From assembly GCA_013239625.1 (NCBI GenBank), contig MU054323.1:2418001-2482000 (forward strand): a DNA stretch of 64,000 nucleotides, written 5' to 3'. Each line of letters starts with the position of its first letter. Positions within the stretch are counted from its first letter, which is position 1. The notes under the pieces are model-generated. The model worked only from the letters and a program-made list of their open reading frames with translations. It was not told where the DNA came from and searched no databases. Shown one piece after another: positions 51,125-63,620 of the stretch. The position numbers and the translations under genes are program-made. This DNA comes from Lama guanicoe. Its lineage: Eukaryota.

Positions 51125-51290
51125 CCACGCTTCACTGTCTATGCCCCACTTGCTTCATTGTTAAAATGGATATAATAATCGTACCTACTTACCTGATAGT
51201 TATAAAATCAAATGAGTTTGTCATGCAAACTGCTTGGAGCAGTATCTGGAGCGTAGTAAGAATTGTTACTGTCGCCGGCACCATTGTTAT
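51125..51290 (+). mobile_element. MIR SINE 3' half
   Basis: 'ttaaaatggatataataatcgtacctacttacctgatagttataaaatcaaatgag...gcttggagcagtatctgg'. Confidence 0.75.
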
Positions 51291-51929
51291 TAGCGCTTAC
51301 TCTTCTGAACCCCTCCCTGAATGAGGAAGGACTCCTTCCATGTTCAGATGGAAGAAAACGCGACACTTACACGCGTTGCTCTTGGAGGGAAGCCGGATCC
51401 CTCTCTCTCTGTCCTCTGGGATCCCCATGGAGACAGAGCACGCAGGGCCTTTCATTGTAAATGTTGGCCCAGGTTTGGACCAGTGGTCCTGCAGTGACTC
51501 AGACTTGAGGCTGTCAGACGGGTCCTTATGGGATTAAGCAATTTACAAGGAGCCCTGGAATCCTCCTCATGATCGTCAAGGTACTGGGTTGGATGGAAAC
51601 TCAAGGGTCCTTCTGTTTTACTTGCCTCCAGCTGTAGGACTTTTCCGTGCTCCGTCTCTGATGTTTACCCTCAGCCGTGGTGTGGGCGCTGTCAGGGACT
51701 GGGAGGTTACCTGACTGAGGTGTTCTCTTGATTGACGGCATATCGGGGGTTCACACATCTTAGTCTTGCCTCCCTGGGGCCTCTCCAGCGCCTTCTCTTC
51801 TTTAACTCTCCTTACCCAGGCCATGTCCTCAGTGACAGGGTTTACCACTATTCCTCTGGTATTAAGCCATACTATTTCTGTTTCTTCTGCGGGAATGAAT
51901 AAGGGTGAGAGGCAGGGGCATTGGAGGTA

Positions 51930-52080
51930 GACTCAGACTTGAGTATGAGCTGTGTAACTTTCACCAACTTACTGAACTACTCTGAGCCTTGGTTTCTTCA
52001 GCTTAATAATAAAGGTACCTGAGGATGTTATCTCACAGGTTTAACCAGAGATCATGCGAGATAATTCACATAAAGGGCCT
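51930..52080 (+). mobile_element. MIR SINE fragment
   Basis: 'agctgtgtaacttt...ctctgagccttggtttcttcagc'. Confidence 0.6.
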
Positions 52081-53199
52081 TGCAGGATGCCCTTCCTGGA
52101 GAGGATGGGGTTGACTTGAAGGCTGGTGCCTAGGAACAGAAATGGGGATGAGGGTGCACTTAGGAGAAAAAGAATGAGGTGAACAGGATTTGACAAGAGA
52201 GGAGCTAAGCAAGGCTGTCATCTCCACTGGGGCCCACCTTCAGCCTGACCCCACATGAGCTCTGGAGTGTGAATCCCCCCTTAACAATGTCCCACCTTGA
52301 CAACAGAGCGTGATGCTTTTGTAATTCTGTGTCAGGGGATCATTGGCTGAGGTATGAGGAGTCGGGGAGAGTGGTTGGGGTCGGGGGAGAGGGCAGGAGG
52401 AGGTGCCTAACACCCTCGATGATGTGGCTTCCAATCCTTAGAACTTAATTCTGTAGCGAAGGGAGAAGCCGTGAGAAAAGGGCGCACAGGCCCAGGAAAG
52501 AGGATCCTGGAGGCTCAAACAGCATCTATAACCTTAACACTCCCTCCTGCTCAGGTACCCAGGCTTCTCACATTAAGGTCAGTTCCCCCAGGCACAGCCC
52601 CTCCAAGACTCTGCTTGATCACAGCTCCCGAGGAAACATCCTAGAGAGGTTTAGCGGGACTCCCTCCAGCTCTCACACCGCCACTGGTCCCCAAAGTGAC
52701 CGAGACTCATCATCTCCTGTGTCCCCCATGCTCCAGGATCGCTCTCCTCCCCTCTCTTGGCTAGCATCACCCATCTAGGTGGCTTGCCTCATGCATTAAC
52801 CCACCTCTAGGGGTCTGAGTCCAGGGTCACCATGCCTTTAAGCTTATGCATCTTGTCAGGGCTGGGCACAGCAGAAGAGGCTAGTGGATGACCTGGGGCC
52901 ACACGTACCCTACTTCTTCTCTGTGAAACAGCAGCCCTTTCTCCTTATGATCAGAGTTCATTACAACTGTGGGTGCCATAACTCCTTCTTCGACTGATGG
53001 TCTAGTGGTACGGGGGGCCCCCAATGACCCGGGAGCAATCAGCTTTAAGTTATTAGGAGTCCAATGTTTCCTAGTAGAAACAGAATCCAGAATCTAAAGT
53101 TTCAGGGACTAGAAGCGTATACAAGCACTGCCCAAGCAGTTCACTGGCAGTGACGGTGAGTGGGCACCCAGAGAAATCCACTACAGGGCTCAATAATAA

Positions 53200-53720
53200 A
53201 TCCTTTCTCTCGAGAGAGAGACAGCCAAGATCCCCTGGCACCCTCCAGGGCAGTCCAGTGATCCCCGGGGCACGCAGAGGCCCCGGGGAGGGGTGGCCCC
53301 AGGGCTGGCTGAGAAGGAGCGCGAGGCCGCTCTCAGTTGAGAGAGCTCCTTCATAGCCCAGGGCCGTGCAGGGATCTGGGCCCTGGGTCCCCTCAGCCCA
53401 AGTCAGCAGCCCCCAGAGTGTCTCAACCCTGCTGCGGGCCTCAAAGCTCAACCCGCTTGGCCCAGGCCCCACACGACTAGGACGCCCAGGGCTTCAAAGG
53501 AGCGCCCCTCGCAGCAGCCTCCTCCTCCAACGCTTCTTGCCAAAGCACAGCGGAGGCAGGCTTGAAGCTAAATATTTGGATTGACTGGGAGGGAGAGTCC
53601 AGTCCCTCTGAGGGGTATTTTGCCCAGGCCATGAGGAGAGAGCCAGCTCCCGGCACAGGCGTGGGAAGCAGGGCATCGCCGTGCGGTCGGTCAGCCGGCA
53701 GGAGAGCCTCCCCACCTGCC
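53200..53720. promoter_or_regulatory. GC-rich, CpG-enriched patch (weak CpG-island-like)
   Basis: Roughly two dozen CpGs by eye in about 0.5 kb, e.g. gagcgcgaggccgc, catcgccgtgcggtcggtcagccggc. Confidence 0.4.
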
Positions 53721-54259
53721 TCCCTCATCTCATTTCAGCCCCTTAACCAGCCTGAGAACCTGCAGGGTGGGGTGGCTCCCCTCTTGTGTGTGCAGAAATT
53801 GAGCATCTGGCCAAAAAGGGGAAGTAGACTTCTTAAGTGTGTACACTAGAGACGGGCTGAAGACTGGCCCCTCACTCAGGCCTTCTGAAAGCGGGGTCTG
53901 CCCCCACCTTAGCAATCTAGGGTATTTGCCTCATCATTGATCATGCCTGGTATAAGCACATGATTCTATAGGGAGGTGGAAAGAGCATGGATTTGGGGGA
54001 AAAGAACTCACCCTTTGTGACCCCAGATCTGTCACAGTAGACCCTCTGGAGCCTCGGTGTCATCTGGAAGGTGCAGGCCATCATGGACCCCCTCCCCCAG
54101 GCCCAGCACTGGACTGTGCAGAGGACCAGCCGAGTCAGTGTGTGTCTTAGAAGCTCTTTCCACACTGCGCAGCCCCTGCACCAGGCCAAGGTGACAGCGG
54201 TGATTACGCTGAAGAGCTGATCATCACACCACGACCTGAAAGCAATTGAAGACGGCCCT

Positions 54260-54570
54260 TATCTTAGACATCCTCTTTTCTACCCACTTCATTTTCTAAA
54301 TGTAAGAAACTAGTTTGCTTCAGATGACCTAGTGAAGTAGTAGCCAAGCCAGGCTTAGATGTCCCGGGCCCGAGCTGTTCCATTACCTCCTCTTTCTCTG
54401 AATGTTCCCAAACACTTCAAAAGCGCAACGTTTGTTCTCTGCGAAGTAGATGGGACAGATGATATGCCCCAAGTTTACAGAGCAAGAAATGTGACACAGG
54501 GTTACGAGCATTACCTCAAATGGCTTGGTGAGTAAGTGGTGGCCTGGGAGCTCACTCTTCATCTGCCCAA
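54260..54570 (-). mobile_element. Two MIR fragments
   Basis: 'cttcattttctaaatgtaagaaact...agtagccaagccaggctt' and 'ccccaagtttacagagcaagaaatgtgacacagggtta...gtaagtggtggcctggga'. Confidence 0.55.
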
Positions 54571-55099
54571 AGTCATTTCATTTTAAAATTTAAAGAACAA
54601 CAAAAATGAAAACTACTCACACCAGATACTTGCAGTCCAAGTGTCAGAAGGCTTCCCTTCGTACAGATTTCACATCCATTGCAGATTCTCCTTTAGTACG
54701 TCCTTGTCTGGTAGGCAGCCCCCCTCTGCCCTGAGAGCTCCCGTGCAACCCTCATCAGACAAAGAAACCCCTTGTTAAACATCCCTGACTTTAGCTAATA
54801 TTTACCAAGAGCCTACTGTGCGCAGGGGACTAGCGGTATTTTGATTGTTAGAAAGTTCTCCTGTGGGTTAGAACACCATCTGACTCCTTGTGGCCAGTGG
54901 CCATCCTGCAGTCAGACTTCAATCCAACTGCCCGGTGTGATTTATTTGCTAAGGAATTTGGCAAAGTTATCCATTCCCTTCTTCTTGACACTCTGTCTTC
55001 CTTACCTCCTGGCAATCAGGGGTCTTCTCCTAACCCTCTGGCTGATCCTTTTCAGTTTCTTTCAGTGGCTACTCTTTTTCTTTCCTACCCCTTAAACAT

Positions 55100-56050
55100 T
55101 ACTGGTCAGGATGGTGCTGATTCACAGCCTCAGAGACCTGATTCCCAAATAATACATCGACCCAGACCTCTTTCCACCAACCAGCACAAAGATGTTTCCC
55201 TTTGGCTGGCCCACGGGCACCTCAAGCTTGGCATATCTACAGCTGAACTTCTTTAATCCCCTGGAAACCTCCTCTCTATCCTGTCTGCCTTATTATTCCA
55301 CATCTAAACCCCAAATTTGGACATCATCTTTCCTTCCTTTCCTTTGTACATTGTCTGATTCCTCAGTTCTTGACGCTTCCCTTCTCCCCACCCCGACTCT
55401 TGCTGGTTTAGTCCTGACCCCATTTTCATTTCCCTAGAGCATATAACAGACTTCCAGCTTGCACCCTGGCCTCCTTGTAGTTAATTCACCACAATAACAC
55501 AGGAGTGATCTTTCTAATATGTGATATGTTTGGTCACTCTTTCCCTGCTAAAAACCAGTCAATGACTTGCATCTTCAAAGGATAATGTCAAAATATTATA
55601 TCATGAACTAAGGAGCCTTGTGATCTGGCCCCTGCCTACTTTTCTCATTTCCTTTCTTTAAGTCCTCTGTGGTCCTTTTACACTTTAGTCTGGTCATTTC
55701 TTAAATATGCTGTGCCTTCTCTGGATCCTGGTCCCTATCAAACTTCCATTTTCTGGGATGCTCTTCCTTTCAAAGGATACATTTGATTATTCTGCTTCCT
55801 GAAGAAGCATCTCTTTTGTGAAGCCATCCCCAACCTCCCCAGGTAGAGCAAGTCTCCCCCACTCATGCCGCTGTGGCCATGACACTATCCTCTATAACAT
55901 AGCTGGGTACTGTGCATAGTGACATCTTGATGGCATATGCTGACTTTTACTCATCTCTCTGCATTCTGCTGCTTAGCACAGGCCTGGAACCACCTAGACA
56001 CTCAAAAATTATTTGCCAAATGAATTAGTAAAATGAGTAAATGAATGATT
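55100..56050 (+). mobile_element. L2 LINE 3' region
   Basis: 'cacctcaagcttggcatatctacagctgaact', 'gagtgatctttctaa', 'tgatctggcccctgcctactt', tail 'cttagcacaggcctgg...aaatgaattagtaaaatgagtaaatgaatga'. Confidence 0.85.
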
Positions 56051-57509
56051 GTATCTTGTGCTTCTGCACTATGTCAGCCTCTCTAAGCTTACCCCAAAAT
56101 GTTTAACCATGAAATTGTTCATAGCTCCCCAGTCAGTGGAACCAGCTCTTTATCATTTGAATTTAACTAGAATGACCTCTCCACTTACAACAAGCAGTTA
56201 AATGAAACCATGAGCAAGGAAATTAAAGACAACATTTTAAGAGAGCATTGCATCTTCTCTTCATTGACCCCCAACTCCCCATGTCCAAAATGGGTTGCTG
56301 CTCCTGCTCTGTCCATCCCAACTGCAAATCTCAAAATTGGTGACACCATATTTTCCTATCTCTTCCCTTCTGCCTCCTGATAGTTCCTCCTCTCTGTGTT
56401 GCCTGATTCATCATTAGCAGATACCGTCTACTTGCTTGAGCTGTTTGTGTCCTTTATTGCTATTCAGGGCTTCAGATTTATTCCCAACCTGGAGGATGAT
56501 CAGCTTGAGATTAGGAGAATGTGTCTTCCCAAAGCGATTTTCAGAAAGTACACTAAGGGGGAGAAAAAGGCTGGAATGAGGTTTGATTTAGTTTGGGCTG
56601 ATTTTCTGGTTGAATTCTTTCATGTTGCCTCTGCTACACCTGCTGACTTACCACAATGTAAGATACTCAGCAACACAAATGTTTTCTTCCTATCCCCTCC
56701 CGCAGCGTCGACCTGCCCAGTTAAGGCCATCTGCCCCAGGGACTATTTGTCAGACTAGAATCAGAGAACAGAGGGAATAATTCCTAACAGTTAAATTTAA
56801 CAATCTTGATGTTATGAATATGATTTAGGAAGATTTAGAAAGCAAATGTGTTTGTAACTACTGGGACTCTCCTGTCCTCTATACCTAACCTCAGACAGTC
56901 CGGGAACCCACCAGCTGGGAAGGGAAGGGAGAGTTAGGGCAGGTTGCCAGTTCAGATGCTGATCTTCGACTGGGTCCTGGCCACTCCCCACTGGGTTAGC
57001 TCTTACAGGAGGGCTGTTAGGGAGACTAGAACTCCCCGCATAAGGTCTGAGCATCAGAGCTGTCTTCGGCTCCCCCCTCCCATCCCAGAGATGTGGGTGT
57101 GCCCTGCTGCCCGGAGGCCCATTGGGCCCAGGCCAGTTCTTAGTGGGCCTCTAGTGGGCAAGTTTGGTACTGTGATTACTATTTGTCCGAGGAATACTTT
57201 CATGCATTGGGAAAAATCTTGAGGATATTTAGTTTTTAGATAATCCATAAAAAATAAAGGAGAGCAATTTTTGAAAACTAGGTAGAGAGAGAGGGAGAGA
57301 GATGAAGAAACAGAAAAAAGAGATAAGGGGGCAAAAGAGGGAGGAGAGCGCTTCTCCTGAATTCAGTTTCTGCAGAAACACGTCCCGAGCAGGATCCCTG
57401 GGTGAGTGATTTAGCAAGGGAGTTTCTCCTGGCGGGGCTGGTAGGGGAGGAGGGCGCCACTGTCACATTCACAAAAACGGTAAAGAGGAAATCCGAAAGG
57501 ATCTGCATG

Positions 57510-57659
57510 CAGGGTTGCCAGGTTTAACAGCTAAAGTATAAGATGCCCAGCTAAATCTGATTTTCAGGTAAACAAGGAATCATTTTTTAATGTAAGTATG
57601 TCCCATGCAATATTCGTTTGAATTTAACTGGGTGTCCTGCATTTTATCTGACAACCCTG
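57510..57659. mobile_element. MER53 (hAT MITE) with internal deletion
   Basis: TIRs cagggttgccag / ctgacaaccctg; 'gatgcccagctaaat' / 'atttaactgggtgtc'; one inner palindrome arm is missing. Confidence 0.9.
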
Positions 57660-57888
57660 TGTGGGTGGGAGCCCTGACACTGTCCACTAGGAGACTGAAG
57701 GAGGAGGAGTGTGGAAGGGGAAAGGCCCAGCTGCTCTCATTCCCTGACCGCTGAGTTGAAATGCATTTTGCGACCCAAAACATTGTGATCAAATGGATGT
57801 TAGAAACATCCCATTTCAATGTTGTTCCCCCATCCCCAATCTTCAAATCCAACTTTGGCTGGAGGTGATTCTTGGACACATCTGATTT

Positions 57889-57891
<3 letters not shown>

Positions 57892-57922
<31 letters not shown>
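57892..57922. repeat. (CA)n microsatellite
   Basis: Seen directly. Confidence 0.95.
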
Positions 57923-57924
<2 letters not shown>

Positions 57925-58029
57925 ATGACAATCTATTCCCTCTGATTCCAAAAATAATGAATGTCCAAAGAATATATACAGGGTATTTAGAAGAAAAGAT
58001 AAAAGATAATCTGTTATTAGTAGAATGGT

Positions 58030-58350
58030 GCATTTATTTCTTCCCTTTTTCTCAGTATATGTATATATGAGGTTTTTAAAAACATTTTAAATGTGTTTTT
58101 CAAAATTAAGACAGTACTCTAAATGTTTTAAATCCTACTCTTAAAAATGAACATTATTATGAGAACTTCCTATCCTTACTTATTATTTGAAAGCATCCAT
58201 TTTAATGAATGCATATTATGATGCATGGCTAACTTATCCTATATTAATTCCCGTATTTTGGACACGAGTTATTCCTAATTTGTGGATAATAGAAATGACA
58301 CTGTGAGTAGCTACACAAATATTCATCAGCATATCTTACCGTTGCCTTGA
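58030..58350 (-). mobile_element. L1ME-type fragment
   Basis: 'aacattattatgagaacttcc...catttttaatgaatgcatatt...ttttggacacgagttattcctaattt'. Confidence 0.5.
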
Positions 58351-58729
58351 GAGTATCCCTAATGCTTTTTACACCCAACTTTAAACTTAGGCTTCCGACT
58401 AGAGCTGGAGGAGTGGCGAGCTGTTCAATTATCCGATGCTACAGTTTTTCCTTTACAATGGGATGGCTTCCACTAACCACAAAGAGAATATTCAGGTGCA
58501 ACTGACAGGATCAATTGATATCTTCAAATCTCTGGAGCCTGTTAGGAGAATAAAAGGAAACAAAACAATGTTCTGGATGGCTCTGGAGATGGAAGAAAAA
58601 CTTAAGGAGTGAGGGACACATTAACTCAACAACAGAAGTGTCCTGATCGTTCTGGGAGGCAACAGAAATAGCTCCCTCGAGGAACAGTGAGCGCTGGCTC
58701 GCTGGAGGCATTCCTGGGGGAAGTGGCTG

Positions 58730-58970
58730 GGCACAGTAGCTAAGAGCAGCAGGGCCTCTGGAGCCAGAGGTTGGGGGGCTTACTCCCAGCTCTGCTATGT
58801 TCTGGCTGTGTGACCTGGGGCTAGTGGCAGAACCTCTCTGCGCTTTGGCATCCTCAGCTGAAAAGTGGAACGGATCCTAATAGTTGTGAGAATGAGATCA
58901 AGAACTCGCGTACAGCACCAGAGCTACGCTGAACATCTACTACGTGTTCGATAAATGTTAGCACTTATTT
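58730..58970 (+). mobile_element. MIR SINE
   Basis: 'taagagcagcagggcctctggagccaga...tcccagctctgct...gctgtgtgacctgggg...aacctctctgcgctt...ttcgataaatgttagc'. Confidence 0.85.
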
Positions 58971-60799
58971 CCAGTGCTGTGACTCTAGATGGGCTCGGTT
59001 ATGCGATATAGTTGGCTGGTAACTCTTAGCACTTGTGAGTCTACACTTGGTCTCTGAAGGTCATTATTCCAGGACAGTGACACCAGTCCGATGGACACTA
59101 CTAGCTTTCTGCAGGGCGTACCTGGTTCTATGTGTTTTCAAATCTGTGTGTCGTTGTTTACCTTTTCATGAGCAAAAACCAACTTCAGGACTCTGTCCCT
59201 TTGCAGCTGTGATGGAGCCCAACTGTGGCTTTGCAGCTTATCCACTCTGGAATCAAAGAGCTGCCTTGTAAAAGTAGTGTTGCAATCTTTAAATGCCCAT
59301 AAAGAGGGATTTGAACATTTATCTCACATCATGTGAGTTGGTCAAAGTAAACAGAAAGTCTTTCAGTTGAAGAGTGGACGTGATGACTGAGTGAAATGAT
59401 ATAAAACAGGAGAGTGAGGTTGAGAATGTGTGTTCGCTGTAAATAGAGGAAGGAGCCAAGTGTGGCTGGTACAAGCTAAGTCAGATTTGTGTACAGTAGG
59501 CAAGGCCACTTCCTAAGAACAGGGGCAAGTGGACGATGCCAGCAGACAGTGAGTTCCCCTCTTTCCTATTTCCCATTTCTTGTCTGCAGCCTCCCACCCA
59601 GAAATATCTGGGAGGATATCCTAAAACAAGAAGGTGTCTTCTACTGGAAAGACCAAAGCTTCATGGTTTCTGAGATTGAAGTGCATGAAATACTGGGGAC
59701 CACAGCAACTCTGATCACCTGCTCACTCACGAAGGCTGAATTAGGGAAAGCAAAACACTACAGCAGTCGTCCCTTTCAACTGCCCGAGATGAAAGGTAAA
59801 CAGAGGACCCACTTCCTAGCGTAGAAAGTGAATGTTAGGGAAACCACTTTAAAGACAGCTAAGTGTTAGAAATAAAATGAAGTTGTTCAAATTAAAAGCT
59901 CAGAGAATGCATTAAACGGCAAATTACACTGTGGGGAGGTGGAGACTGAGGGGGACAGGAGTGGTAAAGGCAGGGAGAAGACCCTGATGGGATGGGGGGC
60001 CCCCCCGAGAACTCCCTCTGCATCTCCTCTGTGCACCATGTACCCCGATTCGGCTCAGAACCAAGAAAAAAGGATCAAATTTGTTTCCAATGACTCACAA
60101 CCCACCAGAGCTTCTGGAATTCAGACCTCTTTTGTCCCAAATCCTAGAACTATCCCAGCCCTGTAACAAGTTCACATGAAAACTTGTGGCCTCTCACTTT
60201 GTTAGTGTTTAAAATAGCGAAATCTCTGAAGATTTACAGCTGATTTTTTCCTCTTTTCAGAACGTCCCCTGTGGATAGATTCGGTATGACTGGTAGAGAG
60301 GAGGTACCATCCCTGGCCACTAGACCATTGGCTCCCACGACCGAGCACCCACTCATAGCAAAGACTCTAAAAGTTTGGTTTATCCTGTATTTCGGTCACA
60401 AACGTTTTTTATTGGAAAGGGCTTGTAAATTTTTTTTTTTTAATGTCAGCTCTGGAACAACATGTGACTTATGAGCTTAAAATCAAAGCTACTTTTAGAG
60501 AATGGCTCCTGGGGGAGACCTAAGGGTTAGACTGTGGAATCTGATGGCTTCAATTAAGGACAGTCCCCAGTTCCAGGAAGCCCAGCAGGCATGGATATCC
60601 TGGAAGGACTGAGAGGTGGGCAACGGGAGACCACGCCGAACCAGTTATGCTGGAGTGGACCAGGTCAATGGAGGGGTCGAAGGCTTACTTGCTGGGTGGC
60701 TATAAATATAGTGAAGATGCAGGTGGTTTTGTTGGTGAGATGGGAGGCCCATGGCCTTCCTTTATAGTCACTCCTGGCTTTTGAGCACAACAAGGTGCC

Positions 60800-61077
60800 C
60801 TGCATTTTGTGTCTTGACTGTGGTGATAGAAAGCTCTATGCATGTGATAAAACTGCAGCGAACTCACACACACACACACACACGCACGCACGCACAGATA
60901 AAACTGAGAAATCTTCTCCCAATGTCTATAAAACTAGTTGTGATATGGTACTATGGTTTTGCAAGACATTGCCATTTGGGGAAACTGAGTAAAGAGTGCG
61001 TGAGGTCTCTGCAGTATTTCTTACAACTGAATGTAAATCTACAATGATTTCAAAATAAATTTTGTTTTTAAAAAAAT
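60800..61077 (+). mobile_element. L1MC/MD-type LINE-1 3' end with (CA)n
   Basis: 'tcttgactgtggtg...ttttgcaagacattgccatttggggaaactgagtaaag...ttcttacaactgaatgtaaatctacaatgatttcaaaataaa'. Confidence 0.85.
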
Positions 61078-61229
61078 CGGTCGCAATTGAAAAATGTCAG
61101 AAAGCTATCTTTCTAATATGCGTTCTTATACTGTAAAGAGTGGAGAGTTAAAGGCGTATTCCCTCAAGGCTAGGGCTCCAAATGTTATATAGTTTCCAGA
61201 TACACTCCTGGGAAGCTGAGAAGGTGGAA

Positions 61230-61520
61230 TGGGGCGAACGTGATCACAGAGGCATCTGGTTTTGCCCTCCGACCCCGCCCCGCCCCTGGTTTGAGCAGGC
61301 ATGCCAGTTTTCAGTCACGAGTTTTGTGGTATCACGAGGGAGCGCAGGGCATCACTCCTCTGCCGGTGCAGCGGCAGCAGACACGGTGTGGCTTTGAATG
61401 CATCAGTTTTGAAGGCAGTTTCTGGATTCTTGGATTATGACTAAGGCCGGGTGTTCCTTGGGCCATATTCCAGTGTATTTTGCCAATTCCCCATTTTCCC
61501 GGGGGTGAGAGCGGTGGCCA
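61230..61520. promoter_or_regulatory. Small GC-rich element with tandem GC boxes
   Basis: ccccgccccgcccc at 61273-61286; several retained CpGs. Confidence 0.3.
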
Positions 61521-62017
61521 CTACCCTGCTGGGCCAGTTCCTTGATGACTCTGGGGGTCACTTATGGAGACCTAGCTAAAGCTTTTCAAGGGTTCTCTCA
61601 GCATGTACTTCTCTTCCGTGTATCCCTTATGCTCAGAAGGGCTAGCGTGGGGATTTCATTTGTTTGTCTTTTTTTTATCTTCAACCGCTCTCGGATGCTG
61701 AAGCCCGGCAACTTTATAGGTCCATCACTCTGCCGCTGGATTCCTTCCCAAATGAGACAGCCTCCATCTAATAGTCTAAAAATGTCTACGGAGAGTTAGC
61801 AAAAGTCATAGAATGATCAAGGGGGCTTCCTAACAGCTGGAATTCTCTGGGGTTGTTATCTGAAAGTGAGGAGAAACAGCAGGAGGAAACTGGGGTCTCG
61901 GTTACGGGAAATCATTAACACTTTCACCTGTACAGAGATGGGGGTACTGTTGATGGCAGCACAGATAAAACGCCCCAGAGACACTTTAGGGAATGCTGAA
62001 CGCTGTTTCAACAAAGT

Positions 62018-62280
62018 GGTAGCTTTGTAGGATGAATAAGTCTTGAGATCTAACGTGTACAGCATGATAATAGTTAGTAACAGAGTACTGTACACCGGGA
62101 ATTTGCTAAGATAGTAGATTTTAGGTTCACGCACCAGAAAAAAAAAAAAAGAAAGAAAGATAAATATGAGAGGAGAGGGACATGCTAGTGGTCATTATTT
62201 TACTATGTGTAATGTGTCAAAACATCATGTTTCACTTCTTAAGTAGATATAATTGCTATTAAAAGTATAAATTTTAAAAA
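62018..62280 (+). mobile_element. L1MA-type LINE-1 3' end
   Basis: 'gtaggatgaataagtcttgagatctaacgtgtacagcatg...aatttgctaagatagtagattttagg...caaaacatcatgtt'. Confidence 0.85.
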
Positions 62281-63048
62281 CTTTCTAATACATTCAAACT
62301 CTCTGGGGTTTTAGTAGGTTTGTTTGTTCTTAGTGAAACTCTTGGTGCGATGGTGTCGAGCATCCCACAGGAAATTAAAAGCAGCTGAGAGGTTGTTTGA
62401 AACTCCTATCTGTCCCCCTTGTGATATTCCTTCTCTCCATCCCTTAAAATGTTAAGAATCTCTTCTCTGCAGTAAATAGAACAAAACGGAGGTGTGCTTG
62501 CAGGCCAGGTCAGCGGACCAGCTGGGACTGGCAAGGTCGGATGCTATTGCTGGGATGTGGTGGGGCTCTGTGGCTTTCATGTTTAGAAAGGGGAGGCTGA
62601 GAGCGGCTGGACCCTGGAGGAGAGCCGCCTCTTCTGTGGCCTTAGCCTCCCCGTGTGTTTCCTCCTTTCTCCTTTTTCTCCACCCACCTTTCATCATCCT
62701 CAGAAGCCCATGTGTGTGAAAAGCAACAGAGGAATGTGGGTGGGTTGACTTGTATAATTAAATCCATGTTGCATCGTGTTCTTTAGAATTAATAAGAAAT
62801 TCATCCCATTGAAACTCACCATGACATCTTCCCTCTGACTCAGATTTCTTTTGCATTTCTCTCCTTTCCTTGGCTAAAAGCATTAGACATGGGGCTATGG
62901 TTCAAATTAGTATCCTACATTTCTCTCCTCTTTTTTTTTTAATTGAACTTTTCTGTTCAGTAAAGAGTTTAGTTTGTTTATATTTCATTTTTCTTCTGTT
63001 CTATTTCTCCGCCATTGTCTTTTTTCTTTCTCCACTTGGAAAACTTAC

Positions 63049-63249
63049 TCAGCGAAGGAGAAAACAAGCGAGCTCTTCATCTTGCTTTTGATGGCAAGGT
63101 TGGCCAAATTGCGCGGCTGGCCAGAGCTCGACAATCCAGGCGTCATCCTCCGAGGCTCTTCATTCCCTGGACCTCCATATCCTGACACCATGGAAACCAG
63201 GCTCCCACAGATGTCCACTGAGGCCAGAGGGAGCCGTGTCTGTGAGACT
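63049..63249 (-). other. Candidate 201-nt exon
   Basis: Acceptor ccctgtgtctccctgtctcag at 63250, donor GCTGA|gtaagt at 63048; one frame is open; no recognisable protein. Confidence 0.3.
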
Positions 63250-63419
63250 CTGAGACAGGGAGACACAGGGAATAAACGGTACTTCTAAATTCCTGGGTCA
63301 TGTTGCAAAACACCTTTTTATTGGGGGTAATAATCTGACTTCATTCCCTTATAAAAGTAGATTTATGTGATGGATACGTGATATATATTTTTCTGCCACT
63401 GTTCTTGTGGGATAGTGGG

Positions 63420-63620
63420 TGTATCAGTTAGGATTAGATTCAACTGTGAGTAACATAAACCCGAAATAACAGTGGCTTAAACCTGATAAAAGTTTTTCCT
63501 CGCTCATGTAGAAGACCGGCTGTAGTAGTTCAGGGCTGGTCTGGTGGCTCCATTCCACAAAGTCTCCCTCACAATCAAGGACCCTGTACAGCTCCGGGGG
63601 TGTGGCCCCCAGCCTCACGG
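63420..63620 (-). mobile_element. MLT1-type MaLR LTR
   Basis: 'tgtatcagttaggattagattcaactgtgagtaacataaacccgaaataacagtggcttaaac...cagggctggtctggtggctcca' is the reverse-complemented MLT1 LTR end. Confidence 0.8.

Noticed and set aside
52990..53045. tRNA-Glu-like A box (gatggtctagtggt) followed by gacccggg
   Set aside because: No GTTCRA B box, no cloverleaf, wrong spacing; at most a chance match or an unrecognisable relic.
57575..57610. miR-1302-like sequence in MER53 (minus strand ATGGGACATACTTACATTAAA)
   Set aside because: MER53 is the known source of miR-1302, but this copy has lost the complementary inner arm, so the precursor hairpin around the mature sequence cannot form.
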